DNA from: an uncultured virus (IMG/VR IMGVR_UViG_3300037400_006954) | Taxonomy: Duplodnaviria; Heunggongvirae; Uroviricota; Caudoviricetes | DNA length: 64,000 bases | Virus record (IMG/VR): IMGVR_UViG_3300037400_006954 | Reading direction: 5' to 3' (one strand) | Shown: piece after piece, positions 35,242 through 42,731 of the stretch | Layout of the letters: each line of letters begins with the position of its first letter | How positions within the stretch are numbered: the stretch's first letter is position 1 | Notes under the pieces: model-generated | The model's input: the letters and a program-made list of their open reading frames with translations, nothing else | What the model was told of the DNA's origin: nothing | Databases searched by the model: none | Made by a program: the position numbers and the translations under genes

Positions 35242-36972
35242 CTATCTCTCCCTGGGGTCTATGATGTTGCCGCTGAGCTCTCCCCTGGTAATGCCCCCTC
35301 CGAACGCGGTCTGCGGGATCATGTCGTCCACGTGCATGCCCATCAGCCTCATGGCCGCCATGCTGGAGAAGCAGAGTGCGTGGCAGAAGTCGTCCGGCTG
35401 CCCCTCGGACCTAAGGTACAGGCGATGCTCCATGCCTCCCACCTCCGTAGTCGTCTCGTACGGGCTCAGGAGGTCGGGGGTGAACGACTCCAGCCCGGTC
35501 TTGGGGAAGAATATCCTGCCGTTCTTGATGGCCATGAAGAGTATGTCCAGCGCCATGACCTTGTCTATGGTCCAGCACTGCACCCTGTTCGTGGCCCCGG
35601 AGGAGCTGTTCTTGCCGAAAAGCTTGTTCTGCCTGGTGTACATCATCTGGACCATTGGGAGCCCGAACCTCTTGGCGAGTATCAGGTTCTTGTCCATGCC
35701 CATGCCGAGGTCCGCCGCGACGGCCACGACGTTGTACAGCCTGCAGGTCTTGGCTATGTCCACCAGCTGGTCGTCGGGGTCGAATCCCCTGTACCTCTTG
35801 GCCCACAGCACGTCTATGCGCCCGTCCGGCCTTATGCCTATGACGGTGATGACCGTGAACGACTGCAGCTCCGCCCCGCCCCAGTCTATCCCGGCCACGG
35901 TGTACGAGTACCTATCGAGGTCCTTCTGCAGCGTCCTGGTGTCGGGGAGGCAGCACTGCTTTACGATGTCGGCCTGGGTGAGCAGCCTCTGGCCCACCGA
36001 ATAGGAGATGCCGAGGTTTTCCTGTATGAACGTGGCCAGGACCCCGTTCATCAGCTTGTGCAGGAGCTTGTCCCAGTTGTTGCGGTTGTTCACTATGAAC
36101 GGGACGACGACCTGGGGGATGTGGTAGCCCCTGAACGACTTCATCCTGCTTGGGTAGGCAGGTATCCACTTGCCCTCCACCACGTTCAGCTTCCTGCCGC
36201 AGTTGACGCAGTGCATGCCGTCCGCCTGGATCATGCTCAGGACCTTGCCGTCCAGGTTGGGGATGTTGTGGTATCCGCAGTGGGGGCACTTCATGACCCA
36301 CTCGCACTGGGAGCTCTGCTGCCACTTGGCCTCGATCAGGTTCTCCACCACCTTCGCCGTGCCAGTGTACCTGGAGCAGCCGAACCGCTCGGAGGAGGTA
36401 AGGGATTCCTGGATGATGGGCAGGGTCTCCGGGGACTGGTCCTGGATCTCGTCGAAGTCGATCATGTCCGCCATGATGCCGCGGGCCCGGTCAGCGGAGG
36501 TCTTTGCGTAGGTCAGCTGGAGGCCCGATCCGTTCGCAAAGGTCTTGTGCCCGGTGGCGTTGATGATCTTGGCGTCCGAAAGCACCCCGGCCATGTCCTT
36601 GGCCTGCAGGGCCTGGGCCAGGGGGCAGGACTGTATCGCCTCGTTGATGTAGAGGTCGCTGTAGCGCCTGGTCTGCTCCTGCAGGGGGGCCACGTACAGC
36701 ATCTGGAACTCGGGTATGGACAGGAGGTTGAATATCTCGCTTCTCGACAGGGAGCTGGACTTGCCCAGCTGACGCCCTGACAGCACTATGGTCTCGCGGA
36801 CTATCTCCTTGTCGAACAGGACGCTGAACTGCTCGCGGTTCTGGAGGCTGAAGGGCTTTCCCTTCATCCTGAACAGCATGGGAAGGAGGTCCCAGCGGTT
36901 CATCGCCTCCAGCTTCTTTACCGTGTCCTTGGACTCGGATATCTTTATCAGGTCCTGTGGGGTCAGCGCCAT
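35242..36972 (-). CDS. terL: Terminase large subunit
   Basis: 576 aa; Walker A GRQLGKS, Walker B IDFDEIQD, coupling motif YTGT, CxxC zinc pairs, nuclease motifs AGIDWG and DDFCHA. Confidence 0.88.
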   Translation of the reverse strand: MALTPQDLIKISESKDTVKKLEAMNRWDLLPMLFRMKGKPFSLQNREQFSVLFDKEIVRETIVLSGRQLGKSSSLSRSEIFNLLSIPEFQMLYVAPLQEQTRRYSDLYINEAIQSCPLAQALQAKDMAGVLSDAKIINATGHKTFANGSGLQLTYAKTSADRARGIMADMIDFDEIQDQSPETLPIIQESLTSSERFGCSRYTGTAKVVENLIEAKWQQSSQCEWVMKCPHCGYHNIPNLDGKVLSMIQADGMHCVNCGRKLNVVEGKWIPAYPSRMKSFRGYHIPQVVVPFIVNNRNNWDKLLHKLMNGVLATFIQENLGISYSVGQRLLTQADIVKQCCLPDTRTLQKDLDRYSYTVAGIDWGGAELQSFTVITVIGIRPDGRIDVLWAKRYRGFDPDDQLVDIAKTCRLYNVVAVAADLGMGMDKNLILAKRFGLPMVQMMYTRQNKLFGKNSSSGATNRVQCWTIDKVMALDILFMAIKNGRIFFPKTGLESFTPDLLSPYETTTEVGGMEHRLYLRSEGQPDDFCHALCFSSMAAMRLMGMHVDDMIPQTAFGGGITRGELSGNIIDPRER

Positions 36973-37113
36973 GGTCTATACCTTTTCGGGTGTGCCTACT
37001 TGCTTTCTTGCGGTATTTACACCCTTTCGGGCCCTCTGTAGGGCAAGTCCGTAACAGCCACATTTATGACTGTTACGGGCGTTTTCGGGTCTTAACAGTC
37101 TTTTTTGTGGCTA

Positions 37114-37743
37114 TTACGCAAGGCCTGCCACTACTGGACGGTCTATGTACTGCGGAACTCTGTTTCCCATAAGTCCAGGAACGGTTGTCGTGGTGCGCGG
37201 TGGAACTGACTGTCTGAAAGCGCCACTAAGTGACGTGGACTTTGGAGCCGCAGCCCCCGCACCCCTCGCAGCCCTCATAGCCCCCGTAGCCCCAGTAGCC
37301 CCAGTAGCCCCCGTAGCCTTCAGCCGAGACGCTAGATCCTGCATATGTGAAGCGCTTCCGGTGGAGATATTTGGCTTGGCTGGCCTAGTCCTCCTGAGAA
37401 AGTCCTTGATCCAGTCGCTTCCTGCGGCCCCGGGGCCGGCCGGCGCGGCATGGTTGACGGGAATCATCCTTGGCCTGGGCCTGAACCCACGCATAAAGTC
37501 TCTTCCAAGGACTCTGCCCATTCCGCGAACCCCTCTCGCCGCCGCACCCGCTCCATGCGCTAGAGTCCTGGCACCAAGCCAGCCTGTTGTACCGAGTGCG
37601 CTTCCAAGGCCCTTTACGGCACCGCCGAGCCCCTTTAGACTATTGATAAACGCAGCTGCCTGCGCGGCCTTTACCAGCTGGCCGGGATCTACCCCGTATG
37701 CCTCCGCGGTCTTGCAGAATCCTAGAGTGTATGCTTCTGTCAT
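37114..37743 (-). CDS. Leader-bearing basic virion cargo protein
   Basis: 209 aa; MTEAYTLGFCKTAEAYGVDPGQLVKAAQ leader; Gly-Ala-Thr repeat encoded by a 9-bp tandem repeat near 37280-37320. Confidence 0.7.
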   Translation of the reverse strand: MTEAYTLGFCKTAEAYGVDPGQLVKAAQAAAFINSLKGLGGAVKGLGSALGTTGWLGARTLAHGAGAAARGVRGMGRVLGRDFMRGFRPRPRMIPVNHAAPAGPGAAGSDWIKDFLRRTRPAKPNISTGSASHMQDLASRLKATGATGATGATGAMRAARGAGAAAPKSTSLSGAFRQSVPPRTTTTVPGLMGNRVPQYIDRPVVAGLA

Positions 37744-37768
37744 CGTCTTTCCTCCTTGCTATAGTGGG

Positions 37769-38356
37769 TTAGTTGTAGTGGTTGTAGAACCTGCGCGGCC
37801 TTTCGGGCTCCTCGCTGCCGAGGGCGTTTCCCACGAGCATTCCGCCGCCGAGAAGCGCGCCGCCACCTAGCGTGCCGAGACGCGCGAGGTTTACCTTGGA
37901 GAGCTCGTTCCTCACCTCGTCGCTTACCGTGGTAAGCGTCTTGGACGGATCTCCAGGGTGCACTACCTTCTGAAGAGCGTCCATCTTCCCGGCCGGCGCC
38001 CTGTATCCGACGTCTTTGAGCCTTTGCTCTATGTTTTTCGGCATGCCCGCGTAGTAGGAGTCCAGCGGCGTGCTGGCAGACCTGGACAGATGCCTCTGTA
38101 TGGCCTTGATCTTCTTGTACAGCAGGTTGTTCTTGTTGACAAACGCCTCTTCGGCGAGCCTGTCGAGCCTTGCGTTCATGCTCAGGAACGACCTCATGCC
38201 CCTGATCGACTTGTTGCCTCCACTAAGGAGCTGCCAGTATCTCTTCAGCGGCCCCGTGACCATGCCCCAGCCCTGGGCTACCTTTATGAGCCGGTCTGGG
38301 TCTATCCCGTGGGCCTCGGCGGTCTTCCTGAATCCCATAACGTATGCTTCTGTCAT
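37769..38356 (-). CDS. Leader-bearing basic virion cargo protein
   Basis: 195 aa; MTEAYVMGFRKTAEAHGIDPDRLIKVAQ leader; C-terminal glycine zipper. Confidence 0.7.
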   Translation of the reverse strand: MTEAYVMGFRKTAEAHGIDPDRLIKVAQGWGMVTGPLKRYWQLLSGGNKSIRGMRSFLSMNARLDRLAEEAFVNKNNLLYKKIKAIQRHLSRSASTPLDSYYAGMPKNIEQRLKDVGYRAPAGKMDALQKVVHPGDPSKTLTTVSDEVRNELSKVNLARLGTLGGGALLGGGMLVGNALGSEEPERPRRFYNHYN

Positions 38357-38378
38357 GTATTTTCCTCCTTGTATGTCG

Positions 38379-38840
38379 TCAGCGGTTTCCAGACGCTTCC
38401 CTTACTATCCTTCCAAGTCTCTTCCAGAGATTGTAGGTTCCAACTCCCGGAACAAAGGAGCTCTCAAGGAAACGACCTTCCGTGTCGTGCTTGCGCTGGT
38501 CCCTCTTGGTGCGTCCCCTGGTTGCAAGCGCCGCAATGCCACCGAGAAACGGTCCGGCGGCGCCTACGCCAAGCCCCAGCTTTCCGCCCCTTATGGCGCT
38601 CGTGAGCACGTCAGCAAAGCCCTTTCTGCGGAGCTTTGCCAGCACCGCTCCCGCCAGCGCTCCGGCTCCGGTGCCTCCGGCGGTGCTTCCGCCGAAGCTG
38701 CCAAATATCTCGCCAAGGGCGTTTCTTACGGAGTGGTCCTCCGTGTCGGCGGACTTTTCGATAAGGGCGAAAAGCGCCTGCGGGTCCACCCCGTGCGCCT
38801 CCGCCGCCTTGCTGAATCCGGCAATGTATGCTTTTGTCAT
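38379..38840 (-). CDS. Leader-bearing virion cargo protein
   Basis: 153 aa; MTKAYIAGFSKAAEAHGVDPQAL...EKSA leader; glycine zippers. Confidence 0.7.
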   Translation of the reverse strand: MTKAYIAGFSKAAEAHGVDPQALFALIEKSADTEDHSVRNALGEIFGSFGGSTAGGTGAGALAGAVLAKLRRKGFADVLTSAIRGGKLGLGVGAAGPFLGGIAALATRGRTKRDQRKHDTEGRFLESSFVPGVGTYNLWKRLGRIVREASGNR

Positions 38841-39607
38841 GTCAAGTACTCCTCGTCGTAGTTCCTGGGGCCGAATGCCAGGTATCCGGCTCCGAGCGCC
38901 GCGCCTCCTGTGCCGAGCCTGGCGGCCATGACCTTGTCAAGCTCTCCGGTCACCTTCTTGCTGAACCTGTAGCCGCCGTTTCCGGCCCTTCTCAGCCCGT
39001 TGCTGAACATGCTGCCATCAGGGGCTACCCCTACCTCGGACAGTTCGTTCCAGAAGGGCTGCTCCAGCACTTTGTTGTAGTTGTGGGCGGCTACGTCCAG
39101 CTTTCCGCGCAGGTTTCTTATCCTGGTCACCGCGGCAGGGTCCTGACGGGCTATGGCCTCCTGCAGGACGCGGTCCAGCCTTCCGGCAAGGTTCCTGTAT
39201 CCCCGGGTCGCCCTGCCCGTACCCCTAAGGAGCTCCCAGTACCTGGCAAACGGACGCCTCAGGAAACTCAGCGCACTCATTGCCTGGGCCGACTTGGCAA
39301 GCGCCTTCGGGTCTACGTAGCCGTACCGGTTCGTGAAGTCGTTGTATTCCTTTACCAGGTTCTGCGACATGTACCCTGTGGCCCCGGGAGGCGCGCTCTC
39401 TATCCACTGCACCTCTTTTCTCATCTTGGGCTTCAGCCTGGACAGCGCGATGCTCCTGCTGTTCAAGTAGGAAATCTCGTCAAGGGTATTGCCCATGGGA
39501 TCAGCGGCGGCCGACCTGCCTGACTGAGCCGCCTTAGTGAAAATGGCAGGGTCTACGCCGTTTTCGGCGCATTTCTTCATAAATCCCTGCCTGTATGCTT
39601 CTGTCAT
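38837..39607 (-). CDS. Leader-bearing virion cargo protein, paralogue of 37769-38356
   Basis: 256 aa; MTEAYRQGFMKKCAENGVDPAIFTKAAQ plus a second internal VDPKALAKSAQ; shares RYWxLL, RLDR and ELxKVxxARLGT with 37769-38356. Confidence 0.7.
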   Translation of the reverse strand: MTEAYRQGFMKKCAENGVDPAIFTKAAQSGRSAAADPMGNTLDEISYLNSRSIALSRLKPKMRKEVQWIESAPPGATGYMSQNLVKEYNDFTNRYGYVDPKALAKSAQAMSALSFLRRPFARYWELLRGTGRATRGYRNLAGRLDRVLQEAIARQDPAAVTRIRNLRGKLDVAAHNYNKVLEQPFWNELSEVGVAPDGSMFSNGLRRAGNGGYRFSKKVTGELDKVMAARLGTGGAALGAGYLAFGPRNYDEEYLT

Positions 39608-39650
39608 GAGGAGCTCCTTCCCAGAACGTTAAAACAGCTGTTGTACTAAT

Positions 39651-39679
39651 AAGATACATTAAATACGTTCGGCTGTCAA
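39651..39679 (-). promoter_or_regulatory. Sigma70-like promoter at the head of the virion block
   Basis: TTGACA-N17-TATCTT in the intergenic gap. Confidence 0.55.
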
Positions 39680-39714
39680 CGACAAGTGCGCATAATAGCT
39701 AAAATAATGGATAA

Positions 39715-39738
39715 AGTGAGGGGGATTGCCCCCTCACT
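39715..39738 (-). terminator. Hairpin terminator closing the early region
   Basis: AGTGAGGGGG-CAAT-CCCCCTCACT followed by T-rich sequence on the minus strand. Confidence 0.65.
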
Positions 39739-39748
39739 CTATGGAAGA

Positions 39749-40018
39749 TCACCTGGATCCTCCTTTCTCAAGGAATAGCATGCTCTCGCTCAGAGCAATT
39801 ACTGCCGGACGCAGTCCCAGCACTACGCTGGGCCTGTCTGTATGGGCATATATTTCATTGCCCAGTGACAGCATGGCAGCGGCCCCTTCGACGTGGAGCC
39901 TCGCCTTAACGAAGTCGCGGATCGCGGCTTCTATGTTTAAGGCAGCCCCTACAGCCTCCGAGTCTCGCCCCCTCTTGTGCAAGAAGGCGTAACTCTGATA
40001 TGCTTCTTCGATTCCCAT
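39749..40018 (-). CDS. Hypothetical early protein
   Basis: 89 aa; AAGGAGG RBS. Confidence 0.6.
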   Translation of the reverse strand: MGIEEAYQSYAFLHKRGRDSEAVGAALNIEAAIRDFVKARLHVEGAAAMLSLGNEIYAHTDRPSVVLGLRPAVIALSESMLFLEKGGSR

Positions 40019-40064
40019 TAAGACCTCCTTTCTTTAGTTGTTATAACCTCGGAAAGAAGCTATT

Positions 40065-40298
40065 TTAGAAGAATAGCATCCTCCAGATGTCCGCGTCCTC
40101 CATGAACATCCTGGGCAGGCACCGCCCGTCCGGGCACTTCTTCATCCAGTTCTTGAAGGCCTCCGATGCGTTTCCGGACTCCTGGTGGGCGAGAAGCGCG
40201 TTGTAGGCCTCCCTGGCGTAGTCCTTGTAGTCCCCGTCCTTCTCGTGGCGGGCGCCTTCGAACACCTCCCGTATCTCGTTTTCCAGCTTCGCTCTCAT
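40065..40298 (-). CDS. Hypothetical early protein
   Basis: Start revised to 40298 (AAAGGA RBS); 77 aa. Confidence 0.6.
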   Translation of the reverse strand: MRAKLENEIREVFEGARHEKDGDYKDYAREAYNALLAHQESGNASEAFKNWMKKCPDGRCLPRMFMEDADIWRMLFF

Positions 40299-40320
40299 GG
40301 CTGTTTTCCTTTCACGCATA

Positions 40321-40345
40321 TATTATAGCAGAAATAGCTAAAAAA
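40321..40345 (-). promoter_or_regulatory. Phage-specific promoter motif, copy 1
   Basis: TTTTTTAGCTATTTCTGCTATAATA; related copies near 40591, 41217, 41735, 42549 and 45791. Confidence 0.7.
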
Positions 40346-40346
40346 C

Positions 40347-40377
40347 GCCCGGTTCGCGCATACGCGTACCCCCGGGC
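40347..40377 (-). terminator. Repeated hairpin terminator, copy 1
   Basis: GCCCGG-GGGTACGCGTATGCGCGAA-CCGGGC followed by GTTTTTT. Confidence 0.7.
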
Positions 40378-40383
40378 AAACTG

Positions 40384-40551
40384 TTACTGGATGCCGGGGC
40401 AGTATTCCTCCCCGGCGTCTTCAGCCTCCTTGGCGGTCCAATCCGCCTCTCCGGAGAGCTGATTTGGCGTGGCCTCAAGATACAGCCACGCCAGCAAGAT
40501 CACAAGGCCCCAGAACGCCAGGGCCCCAATGATGTCGAGCAGCTTCTTCAT
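40384..40551 (-). CDS. Small single-pass membrane protein (55 aa)
   Basis: Manual translation MKKLLDIIGALAFWGLVILLAWLYLEATPNQ...; AAAGGA RBS; flanked by a promoter and a terminator. Confidence 0.65.
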   Translation of the reverse strand: MKKLLDIIGALAFWGLVILLAWLYLEATPNQLSGEADWTAKEAEDAGEEYCPGIQ

Positions 40552-40590
40552 AGTTGTTCCTTTTTAAGTATTTTAACTTCCCATCTATCT

Positions 40591-40660
40591 TATATAGCCA
40601 GAATAGCTAAAAAATTAAGTGCTAAAAGAAACCCGGTTCGCGCATACGCGTACCCCCGGG
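40591..40660 (-). promoter_or_regulatory. Terminator plus promoter cassette, copy 2
   Basis: Hairpin at 40632-40660, then AATTTTTTAGCTATTCTGGCTATATAA. Confidence 0.7.
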
Positions 40661-40671
40661 ACTGTTTGCTA

Positions 40672-41142
40672 TTACCAATGCACGTGCTTGTGCATTGACA
40701 GCATTCCGCCGTCCTCATCATCCTGTTCGCCGACGGGATCGAGGATTTCGGCTATACGGCTGTAGCCGAACGCCCTGGCCTCTTCGGCCAGCTCCTCGTC
40801 CGTTATGTGCTCGCCTCTATACCAGGCGTTTAGGATCTTGTCCTCAAGCTTGGTATAGTTGTACGTTCCCCATGCCGCTACTAGGCGCATTACCGCCCAG
40901 CGGCATGCTTCGTAGCCGCGCTGCGGCGCAGACTCGGCCAGCTCGTGGCTCGCCCACTGGGCGAACGCCTCTGCGTGGCAGGCCTGACGCCTTTCCGCCA
41001 GCGTCATACGCGTGGTGCCCATCGGGCGCCATTCGCGGCGCTCAGGGTCCCACCACACCTGCTCCTCCGCATTCTCGTTGGCGTGGTCGTACCACGCCGG
41101 CGTGTCGAAGCACCACGCCCTGTTGTTCTTAGTGTTGCTCAT
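40672..41142 (-). CDS. Hypothetical early protein
   Basis: 156 aa, Trp-rich; AAAGGA RBS. Confidence 0.6.
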   Translation of the reverse strand: MSNTKNNRAWCFDTPAWYDHANENAEEQVWWDPERREWRPMGTTRMTLAERRQACHAEAFAQWASHELAESAPQRGYEACRWAVMRLVAAWGTYNYTKLEDKILNAWYRGEHITDEELAEEARAFGYSRIAEILDPVGEQDDEDGGMLSMHKHVHW

Positions 41143-41216
41143 TTGTTCGGTCCTTTCGGATTTCCCGTTTAACGCCCGCGGGTGTCGGACAGCCAGGGAC
41201 CATCTCCCTGGTTATC

Positions 41217-41293
41217 TATATATAACTGCAATAGCTAAAAAATTAACAATACCTAAAAAAGGCCAGGTTCGCGCATACGCGTACCCCCTGGCC
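41217..41293 (-). promoter_or_regulatory. Terminator plus promoter cassette, copy 3
   Basis: Hairpin at 41261-41293 with compensatory changes (GGCCAGG/CCTGGCC), then AATTTTTTAGCTATTGCAGTTATATA. Confidence 0.7.
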
Positions 41294-41299
41294 AAACGA

Positions 41300-41692
41300 T
41301 TACCAATACTCCTCCGCAGCCAGTTTTGCTTCGGCTTCCTTTGCCGCCTTCTTGGCAGCACGGGAGGCGACGGCCTCCGGAGAATTATACTCCGAATGTT
41401 TACGTCTACGCTCCAACTCCCAGTCCGGAGTCGGACCGGGGTCCGGAGCAGGCCTGTACCCGTACCCAAGGACAATGGGGTACGGGTTCTTATACACCTC
41501 GAAACGTGACCAATCTGTGGCCACGCCTTCGATTTTGGTCCAGCTCCTGTTAATGCAGAACTGCGCAGGGTTCTGGATCTCCCCCTGCACGTCCTTCGAA
41601 CGAAACTTTATCTCGCGCCCATCCCATCTTATTCCGATGAGAAAGCGCGCCTTGACGAAGATCCGCCGCCCCTCCTGGTAGCAATAGCTCAT
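41300..41692 (-). CDS. Hypothetical early protein
   Basis: Start revised to 41692 (AAAGGAG RBS); 130 aa. Confidence 0.6.
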   Translation of the reverse strand: MSYCYQEGRRIFVKARFLIGIRWDGREIKFRSKDVQGEIQNPAQFCINRSWTKIEGVATDWSRFEVYKNPYPIVLGYGYRPAPDPGPTPDWELERRRKHSEYNSPEAVASRAAKKAAKEAEAKLAAEEYW

Positions 41693-41734
41693 TGTAACTC
41701 TCCTTTCGTTAAGTTTATAGATTCCCATTAAATG

Positions 41735-41760
41735 TATATAGCCACAATAGCTAAAAAATT
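41735..41760 (-). promoter_or_regulatory. Phage-specific promoter motif
   Basis: AATTTTTTAGCTATTGTGGCTATATA. Confidence 0.7.
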
Positions 41761-41787
41761 AACAACAGCTAAAAAAGACCCGGACGT

Positions 41788-42126
41788 TTAGTCCAGGCCA
41801 ATTTTGACCCTCCTCACTCGGCGGATCAGGTGGGAGAGCTTCTCCCACCCCAGGATCCTGATGAGATCCTTTATTCTCCCATCAGGACCGCACGCAATCT
41901 CCCATGCCCTCGGGGAGTTCCCCGTGTAGCGCGAGAGTGCCCGTTCGAACCCCTTGTCCGCGCTGTAGTCACGGACAAGTGACTCGAACATGTCTAGCTC
42001 GATCCTTTCGGCCTCGAGCTTGAGCTCCTTGAGCCTCTTCCGAAGCTCCTCGCGCCGTTTCTCGGCTTCGAGGCTCTTCTTGTATAACGCCCAAGGATTC
42101 TCCTTTCTGACATTGTTGCTTCCCAT
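41788..42126 (-). CDS. Hypothetical coiled-coil protein
   Basis: Start revised to 42126 (MGSNNVRK); the upstream extension in the ORF track overlaps another gene and intergenic signals. Confidence 0.5.
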   Translation of the reverse strand: MGSNNVRKENPWALYKKSLEAEKRREELRKRLKELKLEAERIELDMFESLVRDYSADKGFERALSRYTGNSPRAWEIACGPDGRIKDLIRILGWEKLSHLIRRVRRVKIGLD

Positions 42127-42220
42127 ACAAATGGTTATAACCAGATGAAGCCTTTTTTTAAGCAATAGGTAAAAGGAAACCCCGCTGGAATGCGGGGCCC
42201 TTTTGCAGCACGGCGCGCTG

Positions 42221-42511
42221 TTACGCGCTGTGCTTGGCAATGAATTGTTGTATCTTTTCAAAGATATACCCGGAGGGCACATCCGCGACAGCATCGTAGG
42301 CATCCCGCTCGGGGACGCCGAGCTTGATGAGCTCATTCCTGAGCTCAGCAAGTCGGCTGTTGCATCCGGCAATGATTTGGCTCTGCCCCATAGGGCCGAA
42401 GCCAGGGCCGTCGTAACGCCCAAAGCGATAGAAGTCGTCTATCGCTTCGTGTGCGCGATTACGCGCAGCCACGGTGCTCTTGATAGCATCCATAATTTCT
42501 TCGATGTTCAT
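42221..42511 (-). CDS. Hypothetical early protein
   Basis: 96 aa; AAAGGA RBS; promoter directly upstream. Confidence 0.6.
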   Translation of the reverse strand: MNIEEIMDAIKSTVAARNRAHEAIDDFYRFGRYDGPGFGPMGQSQIIAGCNSRLAELRNELIKLGVPERDAYDAVADVPSGYIFEKIQQFIAKHSA

Positions 42512-42548
42512 GGTTTTTTCCTTTCAATGTTTAGTTTCCCATTTACCT

Positions 42549-42620
42549 TATATAGCCAGAATAGCTAAAAAATTAAGTCCAATAGCGAAAGGAAGGGGAG
42601 GATCACTCCTCTTCCTTTTT
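42549..42620 (-). promoter_or_regulatory. Terminator hairpin plus phage-specific promoter motif
   Basis: Hairpin AAAGGAAGAGGAG-TGATC-CTCCCCTTCCTTT, then AATTTTTTAGCTATTCTGGCTATATAA (identical to the copy at 40591). Confidence 0.7.
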
Positions 42621-42731
42621 AGAACCTGTTTCCTGGTCCCGCCTGCAAACCCTGCAGGGCTTGTAGGCTTGCCCCTTGTAGGGGCAGTCGGGGCAGCAAG
42701 GGCCCCAGCAGTCGCCTCCGATCGCTGCCAT
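42603..42731 (-). CDS. Small Cys-rich peptide (42 aa)
   Basis: Manual translation MAAIGGDCWGPCCPDCPYKGQAYKPCRVCRRDQETGSKKEEE; AAAGGA RBS. Confidence 0.5.
   Translation of the reverse strand: MAAIGGDCWGPCCPDCPYKGQAYKPCRVCRRDQETGSKKEEE

Noticed and set aside
37280..37320. 9-bp tandem repeat as a phase-variation or regulatory element
   Set aside because: In-frame Gly-Ala-Thr linker expansion; copy-number change would not shift the reading frame
40347..41293. Three identical 23-bp cores considered as a CRISPR array
   Set aside because: Spacing is about 285 and 630 bp with whole genes in between, no cas genes are present, and a terminator cassette explains them better
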